This document shows, in pieces, positions 35,561 to 45,473 of a stretch of 64,000 nucleotides of DNA. The stretch is taken from the IMG/VR virus record IMGVR_UViG_2895221163_000002, positions 16,586 to 80,585 of that record; one strand, given 5' to 3'. Position 1 is the first letter of the stretch. Each line of letters opens with the position of its first letter. The stretch comes from a virus (taxonomy: Duplodnaviria; Caudoviricetes). The translations under genes and the position numbers were made by a program. The notes beneath the pieces were generated by a model. The model made no database searches. It was given only the letters and a program-made list of their open reading frames with translations, and had not been told where the DNA came from.

Positions 35561-36436
35561 ATGACTTGTCGGAGACCTGGGCCAATGGCACCAGCAGCGG
35601 TCGCGAAAACGCCCCGTATCTCTGATGACGATCGCCTCGTGAATATGTGGCTTCATAATCGCTCAGTGAACACCGCCCGCGCCTATCGTGCGGACGTGGA
35701 CGCCTTCCGCCAGTGGGCTGGCAAGCCTCTGGCAGATGTCGTGCTGGACGACCTGCAAGGCTGGTTTGATAGCCTCACGGGATCGGATGCCACACGCCGC
35801 AGAAAGCTGGCCTCCGTCAAATCGGCTCTGGCCTTCGGGGTCCGCGTTGGTTTTCTGGATGTGGACGTTGGCGCAGCGCTGCGCCTCGAGCGCGGGCGAG
35901 ATCGTCTCAGTGAGCGCATTCTCACGGAAGAGGATGTGCGGCGCATTATCGACCAGGAGCCGTGCCCACGAAAGCGGGTCGCGCTCCGGGTTCTGTACTT
36001 CATGGGGCTGCGCATTTCTGAAATGTGCGCCCTCACTTGGCGAGATATGACACGGCGTCAGCAGGGAGGCGTGGCCTCCGTGTTCGGCAAGGGAAACAAG
36101 ACACGTCATGTGCTTGTGCCCGCAAAGCTGTGGAAAGAGATCGTGGCTGTGAGAGCTGACGACTGGCGTCCTGAAACGCCTGTTGTCCCCGGCCACGATG
36201 GGAGCCCGCTTCACTTGAGAGCTGCACATCGCCTCGTGAAGCGGGCGGCGAAGCGTGCCGGATTGCCAGATGCCTCGGCGCACTGGTTCCGGCACGCCCA
36301 CGCCTCACACGCCCTGGACAATGGCGCGCCCGCGCATGTCGTCCAGCAGACTTTGGGACATTCCGACCTGAAGACCACGACACGATACGCCCACGTCCGC
36401 GAAGGCGACGGTGGCGGCAATTACCTGAAAGACTGA
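35561..36436 (+). CDS. XerC/D-like tyrosine recombinase (resolvase)
   Basis: GLRISE, GKGNK, HWFRH, LGH and TTRYAH motifs; SAM-like N-terminus; no arm-binding domain. Confidence 0.92.
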   Translation: MTCRRPGPMAPAAVAKTPRISDDDRLVNMWLHNRSVNTARAYRADVDAFRQWAGKPLADVVLDDLQGWFDSLTGSDATRRRKLASVKSALAFGVRVGFLDVDVGAALRLERGRDRLSERILTEEDVRRIIDQEPCPRKRVALRVLYFMGLRISEMCALTWRDMTRRQQGGVASVFGKGNKTRHVLVPAKLWKEIVAVRADDWRPETPVVPGHDGSPLHLRAAHRLVKRAAKRAGLPDASAHWFRHAHASHALDNGAPAHVVQQTLGHSDLKTTTRYAHVREGDGGGNYLKD

Positions 36437-36478
36437 CGCCTCACGAAAAGGCGGCGTCGGCCATTAGTGGAGAGCGAA

Positions 36479-36676
36479 ATGAGCACTCGATACCGACGCC
36501 GACCTGAAACGCCTGAGCAGATCCGGGCCGAGCACATCGATTTCTGGACCCGGACTGCCGAGCGTTACGAACGCACGGCGCAACATGCGCGGATGCCGGG
36601 AATGAAGATCTGGGCCGCAGCTGAAGCACGCCGCGCCCGCGCAATCGAAGCCGATCGCAAGCGAGAACAGGCATGA
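36479..36676 (+). CDS. Small hypothetical protein
   Basis: GGAG RBS; ATGA-coupled to the next gene. Confidence 0.55.
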   Translation: MSTRYRRRPETPEQIRAEHIDFWTRTAERYERTAQHARMPGMKIWAAAEARRARAIEADRKREQA

Positions 36677-37284
36677 GCCACAATCCCGACGATTACATGA
36701 AGGATTCCGCTGGCCGTCTGGTGCCACGGGCGAACGTGAAGCCGGAAGACCTGTTGCAGGACGAGCTGGTGCGCAAGCTGTTCGAGCGTGCGCGCTCCAT
36801 TCGTGAGATCATGCGCCAGTTTCGTGAGGATGCAGACAGCGACATTCGCGCTTTTCTGGATCTTCTGGCGGAACAGTACGGAGCCAAGAAAGGTGGTGCC
36901 AAGGGCAATCTGACGCTGGCGACCTACGACGGCTGCGAGCGCGTGACTATCGCCATCAGCGACACCATCACCTTCGGCCCGGAACTTCAGATCGCCAAGG
37001 AACTGGTGGACAGCTGCCTGACGCGCTGGACGGAAGGCGGCAACGCCAACATCCGCGCCGTCGTCACCGATGCCTTTGACGTCGGCAAGGAAGGCAAGCT
37101 GAACGTGTCCAAGATCCTCGGACTGCGCCGTCTTTCGATCGACGATGATGAATGGAAACGCGCCATGCAGGCCATCACCGACGCGGTGAAGGTGAACGCA
37201 TCGCGCAGCTACATCCGGTTTCACGAACGCGCATCACCGGACAGCGCGTTCGTTCAGGTACCCTTGGATATTGCCAAAGCATAA
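36673..37284 (+). CDS. DUF3164 family protein
   Basis: DSAGRLVP, GG.KGNLTL.TYDG, FGPELQIAK.L.D and W..AM.AI.DA motifs. Confidence 0.85.
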   Translation: MSHNPDDYMKDSAGRLVPRANVKPEDLLQDELVRKLFERARSIREIMRQFREDADSDIRAFLDLLAEQYGAKKGGAKGNLTLATYDGCERVTIAISDTITFGPELQIAKELVDSCLTRWTEGGNANIRAVVTDAFDVGKEGKLNVSKILGLRRLSIDDDEWKRAMQAITDAVKVNASRSYIRFHERASPDSAFVQVPLDIAKA

Positions 37285-37343
37285 AAAAGGCCGGAACAAT
37301 GTCCGACCTTTCGCAGTTAACGGCGCTTGGTCACGTTTCAGAA

Positions 37344-37649
37344 TCAACAGGCATAGTCTCTGAGCTGACATACGGACTGAGTATCGCCTTCAGGCAGCCT
37401 TACTCTGACGATGAATGCCATACCCGATTCGTTATTCGGATCCTGCATAATAGTTTTGAAGGATGACGGAGCTGGCATGTCACATCCTTCCTCGATCATT
37501 CCTTCAATGTGAAAAGCCAAAGCCTCGTAGGCCATGACGTGTGCTTCAGCCAATGTATCACCAACTGTTATGCAGCCCGGAAAGTCTGGGAAACTGACAC
37601 CGAAATCGCTATCGGGATCTTTGTGAACGAGACCAAGGTATTCAGTCAT
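37344..37649 (-). CDS. hicB: HicB-family antitoxin (short form)
   Basis: FGVSFPDFPGCITVGDTLAEA...EAL..HI.GM...P.PS. Confidence 0.9.
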   Translation of the reverse strand: MTEYLGLVHKDPDSDFGVSFPDFPGCITVGDTLAEAHVMAYEALAFHIEGMIEEGCDMPAPSSFKTIMQDPNNESGMAFIVRVRLPEGDTQSVCQLRDYAC

Positions 37650-37658
37650 TACACCGTC

Positions 37659-37916
37659 TCAATGAGACAATGAGGCTTTAAGCGCCTCGTTAATTCTTGT
37701 CTGCCAACCAGCACCTTGCCGCTTGAAAGCGTCCAGGACGTCAGCATCCAGTCGCAACGTGACCTGCTGCTTTCGATGCGGATTAGTCGGACGTCCGCGA
37801 CGCACGACCGTTTCACCGTTCCGAACGGTTGCGGCTTCAAAGAAAGCATCGGTGAGTTCCGGAGCATCGTCCGGATCAACCCATTCTGGCTTTCCACTCT
37901 TGTTCTTCGCGTTCAT
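37659..37916 (-). CDS. brnA: BrnA antitoxin
   Basis: DPDDAPEL...RGRP...K..VTLRLDADVL..F...G.GWQTRIN.AL. Confidence 0.92.
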   Translation of the reverse strand: MNAKNKSGKPEWVDPDDAPELTDAFFEAATVRNGETVVRRGRPTNPHRKQQVTLRLDADVLDAFKRQGAGWQTRINEALKASLSH

Positions 37917-38148
37917 GTGCATGCCTCATGGAGATAATGCGGCGAGCATCGCCACGTGGTGTCCAGACCATCACGACAAGGCGTTCATTCAACATCCCGG
38001 CCGTAATGAAACGCTCTTCGCCATAGTCTTTTCGTAAGTCCGGCGCGGTTGCTGTCATCCCTTCGAAAACGGCAGCAGCGTCGGCGAAGTCGAGACCGCG
38101 TTCAGACAAGGTTTTATCGCGCTTGGCGTTATCGAACTCGACTTTCAT
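37876..38148 (-). CDS. brnT: BrnT toxin (RNase)
   Basis: EFD.AK...L.ERGLDFADA...YGEERF...RRIISMR. Confidence 0.92.
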   Translation of the reverse strand: MKVEFDNAKRDKTLSERGLDFADAAAVFEGMTATAPDLRKDYGEERFITAGMLNERLVVMVWTPRGDARRIISMRHAHEREEQEWKARMG

Positions 38149-38156
38149 GAACTTGA

Positions 38157-38201
38157 TGTAGCTACGAATAATCCATAAAGCAAGGATATAATGTAGTTAC
38201 A
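38157..38201. promoter_or_regulatory. Putative BrnA operator palindromes
   Basis: TGTAGCTAC (38157-65) and TGTAGTTACA (38192-38201) upstream of brnT. Confidence 0.5.
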
Positions 38202-38220
38202 AATAATAGCGAGAAGCATC

Positions 38221-38535
38221 ATGGCACTGCTGCGTTGCATCAACAGCGGGCTGACAGTGCTGGACACCAGCATCGCCCGCGAACCCCCCAAGCGCGCGGA
38301 CGCGTTCTACGTCTCGAAGGAATGGCGCGCCCTGATGGGCACCATCCTGAAGCAGCGTGGACGCGTCTGCGAGCGTTGCGGCCGCTCAGGCTGCCGGATC
38401 TTCGGTGACCACATCGTCGAACTGAAAGACGGTGGCGCGAAGCTGGACCCCAAGAACGTCCAGCTGCTCTGCGGCTCGTGCCACACGGCCAAGACGGCAC
38501 GGGCAAAAGCACAGCGCGCTGCGAAAAACTGGTGA
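38221..38535 (+). CDS. HNH endonuclease (terminase-associated)
   Basis: CERC...DHIVEL.DGG...N.QLLC.SCH..KT. Confidence 0.92.
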   Translation: MALLRCINSGLTVLDTSIAREPPKRADAFYVSKEWRALMGTILKQRGRVCERCGRSGCRIFGDHIVELKDGGAKLDPKNVQLLCGSCHTAKTARAKAQRAAKNW

Positions 38536-38599
38536 AAAACAGCGGAAAACAGCCATTTTCTCACGTTTTCGACCCAAAAGCTGACCAAAACGGTCCGGA

Positions 38600-38680
38600 T
38601 TGAGGGGGGCGGGTCAAATCTTCGGCCCGACCGCGGGGGCGTAACCGCGCCAGTTCCACGCGTGAAAAATTTTCCTGCAA
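38600..38680 (+). other. Putative cos region of prophage R
   Basis: GGGGGGCGGGTCAAATC...GTAACCGCGCC...CGCGTGAAAAATTTT between HNH and terS, typical of HK97-like phages. Confidence 0.6.
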
Positions 38681-38723
38681 TTACGAAATGAGGTGCGCAC
38701 CATCCTGCGCAGGACGGTCCAGA

Positions 38724-39323
38724 ATGTCGAAAAAACCGCCCGCAAACTGGGAGGATATTGCCAGCGCCTACTGCGCAGAAAGCCTGTCAAACCGCCAGAT
38801 TGCTAAGAAATTCGGGATTGCGGAAAGCACCCTGCGCAAGCGTATCGCGTCTGAAGGATGGGAGAAAGCAGGTGCGCAAAAGGTGCGCACTCGCACTCCA
38901 AAAGTGCGCACCGCTGCGCACTCAGAGCAGCCTGCGCAAAAACGTCCCTCCCCGATCGTCGCCGAAGCCATCCCGGACGACATCGAGGGCCGCCTGCTCT
39001 GCCTGGCAGAACGCATGACCGACGAACTGGAGCAGATCACGGCGCACCATGGCGAGATTACGGAAGCCATCGAAATTGAGACGATGGACGACGAAAACCC
39101 GCGACGCCGTGAGGCAATGCAGAAAGCCATCAGCCATCCAGTCCGAGCCAATTCGCTCAAGACGCTTGCGCAGTCCGTCGCGCTGCTGGGCGGAAAAGCT
39201 GCGGGCAAAAAAGGTAAGAAAGAGCAGCTCAAGGATGCTGCTGACACGGCATCCTCTGGGAAATTTGCGCCCATGACTCAACCGAAACTGGTAGTGAACA
39301 ATGGCAAGCGACGGGACAGTTAA
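38724..39323 (+). CDS. Terminase small subunit
   Basis: N-terminal HTH (SNRQIAKKFGIAESTLRKR); GKKE...A...GKFAP C-terminus; upstream of terL. Confidence 0.75.
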   Translation: MSKKPPANWEDIASAYCAESLSNRQIAKKFGIAESTLRKRIASEGWEKAGAQKVRTRTPKVRTAAHSEQPAQKRPSPIVAEAIPDDIEGRLLCLAERMTDELEQITAHHGEITEAIEIETMDDENPRRREAMQKAISHPVRANSLKTLAQSVALLGGKAAGKKGKKEQLKDAADTASSGKFAPMTQPKLVVNNGKRRDS

Positions 39324-41082
39324 AGTTAGCTCTCGGGGGCGGAAAACTGCATCCAGCCGGACTGGAATGCGCAAGGCTCTCAAGCAAGCTCCCGTCCCTC
39401 CTGCGCTCACATGGTCAACGGCGTGCCACACCTGGGAAAAACGGATTGTTGCCCGCGAAAGCATCATCCCCTGCCCGCCGCTTTTCCCGGCAGCAGCCAA
39501 GCAGGGCATGGATGTCTTCAATGCTCTGAAGCTCGTCGATGTGATGGGCGAACCGACGATCGGTGAGTCCTGCCGATCCTGGCTGAAGGACTTCGCGGAA
39601 TCCTTCTTCGGGTCCTACGATCCGGATACCGGTGTCCGGCACATCAGCGAGTTCTTCCTGCTGGTCAGCAAGAAGAACACCAAGTCGACCATCGCGGCTG
39701 GCGTCATGCTGACCCAGCTGGTTCTGAACTGGCGCCGTTCTGCTGAATTCCTGATCCTGGCACCGACCAAGGAAGCGGCCGACAACGCCTTCAAACCCGC
39801 CCGGGACATGGTCCTGAACGACCCGGACCTGGATGCGATCTTTCACGTCCAGAAGTACAACCGCGTCATCGAGCATCGCCAGACCGGGGCCACGCTCAAG
39901 GTCGTGGCTGCTGACGGCCAGTCGGTGGTCGGCAAGAAGGCGACCGGCATTCTGGTCGACGAACTCTGGGAGTTTGGCAAAAAGCCGACAGGCGAGAACA
40001 TGCTCATGGAAGCCATGGGCGGCATTTCGTCCCGTCCTGAAGGCTTCGTCATCTATCTTTCCACCCAGTCGGATGAAGAGCCAGCCGGCGTCTTCAAGTC
40101 GAAGCTGGAATATGCCCGCTCCATTCGGGACGGGAAGATCCAGAATAAGAAGTTCTTTCCTGTCATCTACGAGTTTCCGGCCGCGCTGATCGAGGCTGAG
40201 AAACACAAGGATCCGGACTACTGGTACGTCCCCAACCCAAACCTCGGCCTGTCGGTCGGGACCGAGTTCCTGACCAGCCAGTATGACCAGCAGAAGGAAG
40301 CCGGCGAAGGCCCGTTGCGGGTCTGGATGGCCAAGCACCTCAATGTGCAGGTCGGGCTCTCCCTGGGAGAGAAAGCCTGGGCGGGTGCGAAATATTGGGA
40401 GCAGCGAGGGGATCCCAACCTCACCCTGGACGATGTGGTCAGACGCTCCAGTGTCCTGGTCGTGGGAATCGACGGTGGCGGCCTGGACGACTTTCTGTCC
40501 ATGGCCGTTCTGGGCTGCGATGCCGAGACCGATGAGTGGCTGCACTGGCAGCGCAGCTGGGTCTATTGCGATGTGCTGAAGACCCGAAAGGAAGAAGCGC
40601 CTCGGTATCTCGATTTCGAGAAACAGCAGGACCTCGTGCTCGTCACGACCATGGCGGACGATATCATCGAGCTGGGCGAAATCGCCGCGGATCTCAACCG
40701 ATCGGGCAAGTTGGCGCTAATTGGGCTCGACCCAGCCGGCGTGGCGGAGATCGTCTTCGAGCTGCGTCGGCAGGGGATCGAGGAAAGCCAGATCGTCGGT
40801 GTCAGTCAGGGCTGGAAGCTCACCGGCCCGATCAAAACGCTTGAACGCAAACTGGCAGATGGGTCTTTCCACCATGGCGGCCGGCCGATCATGGCCTGGG
40901 CCGTTGGCAATGCGAAAGCCCAGGCCAAAGGCAACAACATCGAAATTACCAAGCAGCTGGCGGGCGGAAAGAAGATCGATCCCCTGATGGCGCTGTTCGA
41001 TGCCGTGGCCTGCATGTCCAAAAACCCGGAGCCACCCGGACCGAAAAGCATTTTTGACCGTGAGGACCTATGGGATTCCTGA
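39301..41082 (+). CDS. Terminase large subunit
   Basis: SKKNTKST, LVDELW, GIDGGGLDD and KIDPLMA motifs. Confidence 0.95.
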   Translation: MASDGTVKVSSRGRKTASSRTGMRKALKQAPVPPALTWSTACHTWEKRIVARESIIPCPPLFPAAAKQGMDVFNALKLVDVMGEPTIGESCRSWLKDFAESFFGSYDPDTGVRHISEFFLLVSKKNTKSTIAAGVMLTQLVLNWRRSAEFLILAPTKEAADNAFKPARDMVLNDPDLDAIFHVQKYNRVIEHRQTGATLKVVAADGQSVVGKKATGILVDELWEFGKKPTGENMLMEAMGGISSRPEGFVIYLSTQSDEEPAGVFKSKLEYARSIRDGKIQNKKFFPVIYEFPAALIEAEKHKDPDYWYVPNPNLGLSVGTEFLTSQYDQQKEAGEGPLRVWMAKHLNVQVGLSLGEKAWAGAKYWEQRGDPNLTLDDVVRRSSVLVVGIDGGGLDDFLSMAVLGCDAETDEWLHWQRSWVYCDVLKTRKEEAPRYLDFEKQQDLVLVTTMADDIIELGEIAADLNRSGKLALIGLDPAGVAEIVFELRRQGIEESQIVGVSQGWKLTGPIKTLERKLADGSFHHGGRPIMAWAVGNAKAQAKGNNIEITKQLAGGKKIDPLMALFDAVACMSKNPEPPGPKSIFDREDLWDS

Positions 41083-42395
41083 AGAGTATTTTCGGCGGCT
41101 CTCAGCGTCCTCCTTCGGAGCGCAGAGAGCCTGTTCTGGCGCAGAGCCTCGAAAACCCCAGCACGCCTCTGTCTGAGATTGGCAACTGGAGCGAGTTTCT
41201 AGGACTACCGGGGAGCAGTGATGACTGGATACCACCCACCAGTGAGCGCACAGCCATGGCCTGCTCGGCCGTCTATCGCTGCGTCACGCTGGAAGCCGGC
41301 GTTATCGCCGGACTGCCTCTGAAGATTTATCGTCTCTCGGCCGATGGGCAGCGCGAAGAACTGCCGAACCATCGACTGATACCGCTCCTTCAGACAGCGC
41401 CGTTTCCAGGACGTTCTCTGACGGCCTTCTCATGGCGGGAACTCTGGGGGGTGAATGTCCTGCTCTGGGGCAACCACTACAGCGCCATCCGATATGACGG
41501 CGCAGGTCGTGTGATTGGCTTTGAAGCCTTTATGCCGTGGCAGGTTCGTGTGGTGCGTCTTCCAAGTAAGCCAGGCGTGAACTTCTATGTCCTGACGCAT
41601 GAGGATGGCAGCGTTGAAACCCTTCATCAGGAAGACATGCTGCACATTCCTGGTCCGGGTTTTGACGGGATCAAGGGGCTCTCCCGGATCCAGTCTTTCG
41701 CACGCGGCTCTGTCGGGCTGGCGCGCTCTATGGAAGAGCGCACGGGTCGGGTCCATCAGAACGCCTCGATGCCGAGCGGCATCATGCAGGTGCAGGGCAA
41801 AATGTCAGATGACGGCTTTCGTCGTCTAAGACGCCAACTTCAGGAAGCCCATTCCGGCGTTGCCAACTGGGGAAAGACTGTCATCGCGGATGAAGGGTCG
41901 AAATACACGCCCTTTCAGCTGTCTCCACAGGATCTCCAGACGATCGAAGCCAGACGCTACCAAGTCGCCGATATCTCGCGTTTCTTCGGTGTGCCCCTGC
42001 ATCTTCTGAACGAAACGGACAAGACATCGTCCTGGGGGACCGGTCTGTCCGAGAACACGCTGGCTTACCTGATCTTCTCGCTCGATGCAGACCTGCGCCG
42101 GATCGAAAGTGAGCTGAATTACAAGCTGTTCTCCAACAGTCCTCTTTTCGTGGAATTTGACCGTGATGGCTTGCTGTCTATGGATCCGGAAAAGACCGCA
42201 ACGGTCATGCAGAGCGAGATCTCCAGCGGTGTCAGCACGATCAACGAGGCACGCCGGAAGAAAAATCGTCCTCCCGTACCGGGCGGCGATACCCCGCTGA
42301 TCAACAGCACCAACGTGCCGTTGACGACACAGGCGGCGAAAGGGCCAGACCAGCCCGCGCCTGTTCCTCCACCTTCACCAGGGCAACAGGAATGA
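41070..42395 (+). CDS. Portal protein (HK97 family)
   Basis: SAVYRCV..IAGLPL, LLWGN.Y, ISRFFGVPLHLL and TINEAR motifs. Confidence 0.95.
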   Translation: MGFLKSIFGGSQRPPSERREPVLAQSLENPSTPLSEIGNWSEFLGLPGSSDDWIPPTSERTAMACSAVYRCVTLEAGVIAGLPLKIYRLSADGQREELPNHRLIPLLQTAPFPGRSLTAFSWRELWGVNVLLWGNHYSAIRYDGAGRVIGFEAFMPWQVRVVRLPSKPGVNFYVLTHEDGSVETLHQEDMLHIPGPGFDGIKGLSRIQSFARGSVGLARSMEERTGRVHQNASMPSGIMQVQGKMSDDGFRRLRRQLQEAHSGVANWGKTVIADEGSKYTPFQLSPQDLQTIEARRYQVADISRFFGVPLHLLNETDKTSSWGTGLSENTLAYLIFSLDADLRRIESELNYKLFSNSPLFVEFDRDGLLSMDPEKTATVMQSEISSGVSTINEARRKKNRPPVPGGDTPLINSTNVPLTTQAAKGPDQPAPVPPPSPGQQE

Positions 42396-43126
42396 AACGC
42401 TATGATGCCCAGGCGGGCCGGTTTTCGAACCGAGCCCTTCTGGCCTTCACGCAGGCAGGGCTCCCGCAGACCCTGAGCAGCCGGCCACGGGCTGACGGCA
42501 AGCCGGCCGAGATCCTGCTCTATGACGAAATCGGCTTCTGGGGCGTGACGGCCAAGGACTTTGCCGGCCAGCTGGCGCAGGTCGGTCCCGGGCCAATTAA
42601 TCTACGGATCAACAGTCCAGGCGGGGATGTCTTTGACGGCCTCGCCATCTATTCGTCGCTCAAGCAGCATGATGGCGCAGTCAACGTCATCATCGACGGC
42701 CTGGCGGCCTCGGCGGCCTCCTATATCGCTCTTGCCGGCGATACGGTCTCGATTGCGCCCAATGCGTTTATGATGATCCACAACGCCTGGGGGCTTGTGA
42801 TCGGCAACAAGGCCGACATGACGGCAACGGCAGGTGTCATGTCCAAGATCGACGGCCAGATGGCGGCGCTCTATTCGGGCAAGACAGGCCAGAGCGTCGA
42901 CGCCATTTCGGCCCAGATGGATGCCGAGACCTGGTTCACGGCCCAAGAAGCCCTGGATGCAGGTCTGGCGGATGTCATTGTCGATGATGACCGCTCCGGA
43001 GGCAGTGCTCCTTCCGCCAAGGCGACGCAGTCTCCGCCTGAGGATCTGCTCGCTCAGGCTGGGGAAATCGCCCTTGCGTCGCGCCGGCGTATGGCCCGTC
43101 TGGCTGAAGCCGAAAACACTCTCTGA
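42392..43126 (+). CDS. ClpP-type head maturation protease
   Basis: INSPGGDVFDG, GLAASAAS, MMIHNAW and ETWFTAQEA motifs. Confidence 0.95.
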   Translation: MKRYDAQAGRFSNRALLAFTQAGLPQTLSSRPRADGKPAEILLYDEIGFWGVTAKDFAGQLAQVGPGPINLRINSPGGDVFDGLAIYSSLKQHDGAVNVIIDGLAASAASYIALAGDTVSIAPNAFMMIHNAWGLVIGNKADMTATAGVMSKIDGQMAALYSGKTGQSVDAISAQMDAETWFTAQEALDAGLADVIVDDDRSGGSAPSAKATQSPPEDLLAQAGEIALASRRRMARLAEAENTL

Positions 43127-43230
43127 CCATGCCCTGACCTCCCTGCGAGGCAAGATCAGGTCATGACCCTTTTGGGATGCCGCCGATAGAGCGTGGCAGC
43201 CCCCCTTTCATTGCAAAAACAGGAATATCC

Positions 43231-44475
43231 ATGCGTTCCAAGGAACTGCGCGCCAAGCGTGCAAAGCTGATTTCTGACGCCAGCGCCCTGATCAACGGCG
43301 AGACCGTCACTGCCGAACAGACTGCCCAGTTCGATGCCATGATGGCCGAAGCGGACGAGCTCAAGGCGCGAATTGACCGCATTGAGAGCGCAGAAGCGGC
43401 TGAAGCGGAACTGGCTGGCCAGATCGCGGCTCGTGGCGAAAACGACGGTCGTGGCGCTGATGAACAGCGCGATCGTGAGACGCAGGAAGTCCGCGTTTTC
43501 GGTGCGTGGCTTCGTGGCGGCATGGATAGCCTCTCTGGTGAGGATCGGGCTTTTGCTGCTCTGCAAGCGCAGCGTGGTAGCGAATTCCGCGCCGCTCAGA
43601 GCACACAAACGGGTCCTGCTGGTGGCTATCTCGTTCCGCCCCTTTTCGCAGACCAGATCCTGACAGCTCTGAAGGCTTACTTCACGGCTTTGGATCTGTT
43701 TGACGAAATCCCGACCGCAACAGGCGCTCCCCTGCCCTGGCCTACCAATGATGACACGGCCGCCCGCGCCAAGATCATCGGCGAGAACACGACGATCGGC
43801 ACAAGCGACCTGAAATTCGGGCTGTCCAACGTCTTGGCCTATCTGTACGCCACAGACGCCGTTCTGGTGCCCTGGACGTTGATGCAGGATTCCTTCCTGG
43901 ATCTGGACACCTTCCTCACCTCTGCTCTGTCCACCCGTTTTGGACGTACGTTGGCTGACGATTTGACGAATGGCACGGGCACGAACATGCCACAGGGTGT
44001 CTGCACTGCGGCTGGCGTTGGTTTTACGACAGCGGCCGTGGATATCGGCTATGACGATATCATCGAACTGATCCATAGCGTGGACCCGGCTTATCGCCAG
44101 GGTGCGACGTTTATGTTCAACGACACGACCCTCAAAGTCCTGCGCAAGATGAAGGATAATGAAGGTCGCCCGCTTTGGTCGCCCGCGGTCGCAGTCGGCG
44201 CGCCTGATACGTTTGCCGGCTATGCCATGAATATCAATCAGAGCATGCCAAGCGTTGCAGCTGGCAATAAAGCCATGCTGTTCGGCAGCTTCAAGAACTA
44301 CAAGTTCCGCAACGTAAAAGGCATGTCCGTGGTGCGCCTCAATGAGCGTTACGCGGACGCTTTGCAGACGGCTTTCTTCGGATATGGCCGTTATGGCGGC
44401 GGCATGCCGACGCCTGGTGCTGCCATCCAGGCTCTCGTCACTGGTGCCGCTGCCAGTGGCGGCTCAGGCGGCTAA
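43231..44475 (+). CDS. Major capsid protein (HK97 fold)
   Basis: N-terminal coiled-coil delta domain, GGYLVP, NGTG..PQG and KD.EGRPLW. Confidence 0.95.
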   Translation: MRSKELRAKRAKLISDASALINGETVTAEQTAQFDAMMAEADELKARIDRIESAEAAEAELAGQIAARGENDGRGADEQRDRETQEVRVFGAWLRGGMDSLSGEDRAFAALQAQRGSEFRAAQSTQTGPAGGYLVPPLFADQILTALKAYFTALDLFDEIPTATGAPLPWPTNDDTAARAKIIGENTTIGTSDLKFGLSNVLAYLYATDAVLVPWTLMQDSFLDLDTFLTSALSTRFGRTLADDLTNGTGTNMPQGVCTAAGVGFTTAAVDIGYDDIIELIHSVDPAYRQGATFMFNDTTLKVLRKMKDNEGRPLWSPAVAVGAPDTFAGYAMNINQSMPSVAAGNKAMLFGSFKNYKFRNVKGMSVVRLNERYADALQTAFFGYGRYGGGMPTPGAAIQALVTGAAASGGSGG

Positions 44476-44496
44476 TGACACGCAGGAGGCTGATCA

Positions 44497-45147
44497 GTGA
44501 GAAGCATTCCTATCGGATCAGCTCCTGTAACGGTTCCCCTGGCATCCGTGCAGGATCTGATGACGGATCTGGGCATCACGGATGCCCAGGCCTCAGATAC
44601 GCTTGAGCAGCATCTTCTGGATGCAACCGAGGCCGTTCTGGCGTTCATCGGCCGGCCGATCCTGTCCCAGACCTGGCAGGATCAGGTCTTTGTCCGACAC
44701 TTCCCCCGGACCTTGTCCCTTCTGGTTGCGGCCTACCCCGTCCAGAAGGTTCTGGGGATCGTCCGCAACGGGACAGCGTTGTCTCAGGATGAAATTGACG
44801 GTCTCGTCATCGCGGATGAAACCGGCGAGATCTTCCGTCCGGATGCAGAGCGTCCGTTCTGGCATCCAGGACGCTATGAAATCACCTATCAGGCCGGATA
44901 TCAGCTTCCGGCCACGCAGGACGATGGCACGGCGCTTCCTGGGAACATTCCTCGGCCGATCCAGCTCGCTGTCCGCAGGGTTGCGGCAGCGGCCTACTAT
45001 GCAGAAGGTCGTGACCCCTCCCTGAAGTCCGAAAGTGCCCAGGGCATTGGCTCGACCAGCTGGGTCACACCTGACCCAGCCCTGGGTGGCCTGACACCTG
45101 AAGCGGCTGGCCTCGTCCAGCGCTACCAGTCTCCGGGGACGGCGTGA
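44497..45147 (+). CDS. Head-tail connector protein
   Basis: After the capsid gene; ITYQAGY...IP..IQLA...KSES. Confidence 0.7.
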   Translation: MRSIPIGSAPVTVPLASVQDLMTDLGITDAQASDTLEQHLLDATEAVLAFIGRPILSQTWQDQVFVRHFPRTLSLLVAAYPVQKVLGIVRNGTALSQDEIDGLVIADETGEIFRPDAERPFWHPGRYEITYQAGYQLPATQDDGTALPGNIPRPIQLAVRRVAAAAYYAEGRDPSLKSESAQGIGSTSWVTPDPALGGLTPEAAGLVQRYQSPGTA

Positions 45148-45473
45148 TGGGATATCAGGCAGACTGCCGTCGTCGGCAGATCCGCAAGAAAGGCCGGCTG
45201 ATGACACTGTCACGGCCGAGCGAGAGCAGCCCGGTCACGCTGATGGCCTATGCCGCACCGCCCGCGACAGCCGCACTGGAATCAGGCGTGTCCGTCATGC
45301 CGTTTGTGGCCGAGACCCTGAATGACGAGCTGGCGGCAGCGGGTTACGGCCAGCCCCGGAATGCTGACATCCTAACGGATGGCGGTCGTCAATACGCGCT
45401 GACAGACGCCACGCCCGTTTATGACGGTAGTGAAATCTGCGGCTGGAAACTCATTGCAGCAGGTGGAACATGA
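45147..45473 (+). CDS. Head closure/head-tail adaptor
   Basis: Synteny and size. Confidence 0.55.
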   Translation: MGYQADCRRRQIRKKGRLMTLSRPSESSPVTLMAYAAPPATAALESGVSVMPFVAETLNDELAAAGYGQPRNADILTDGGRQYALTDATPVYDGSEICGWKLIAAGGT

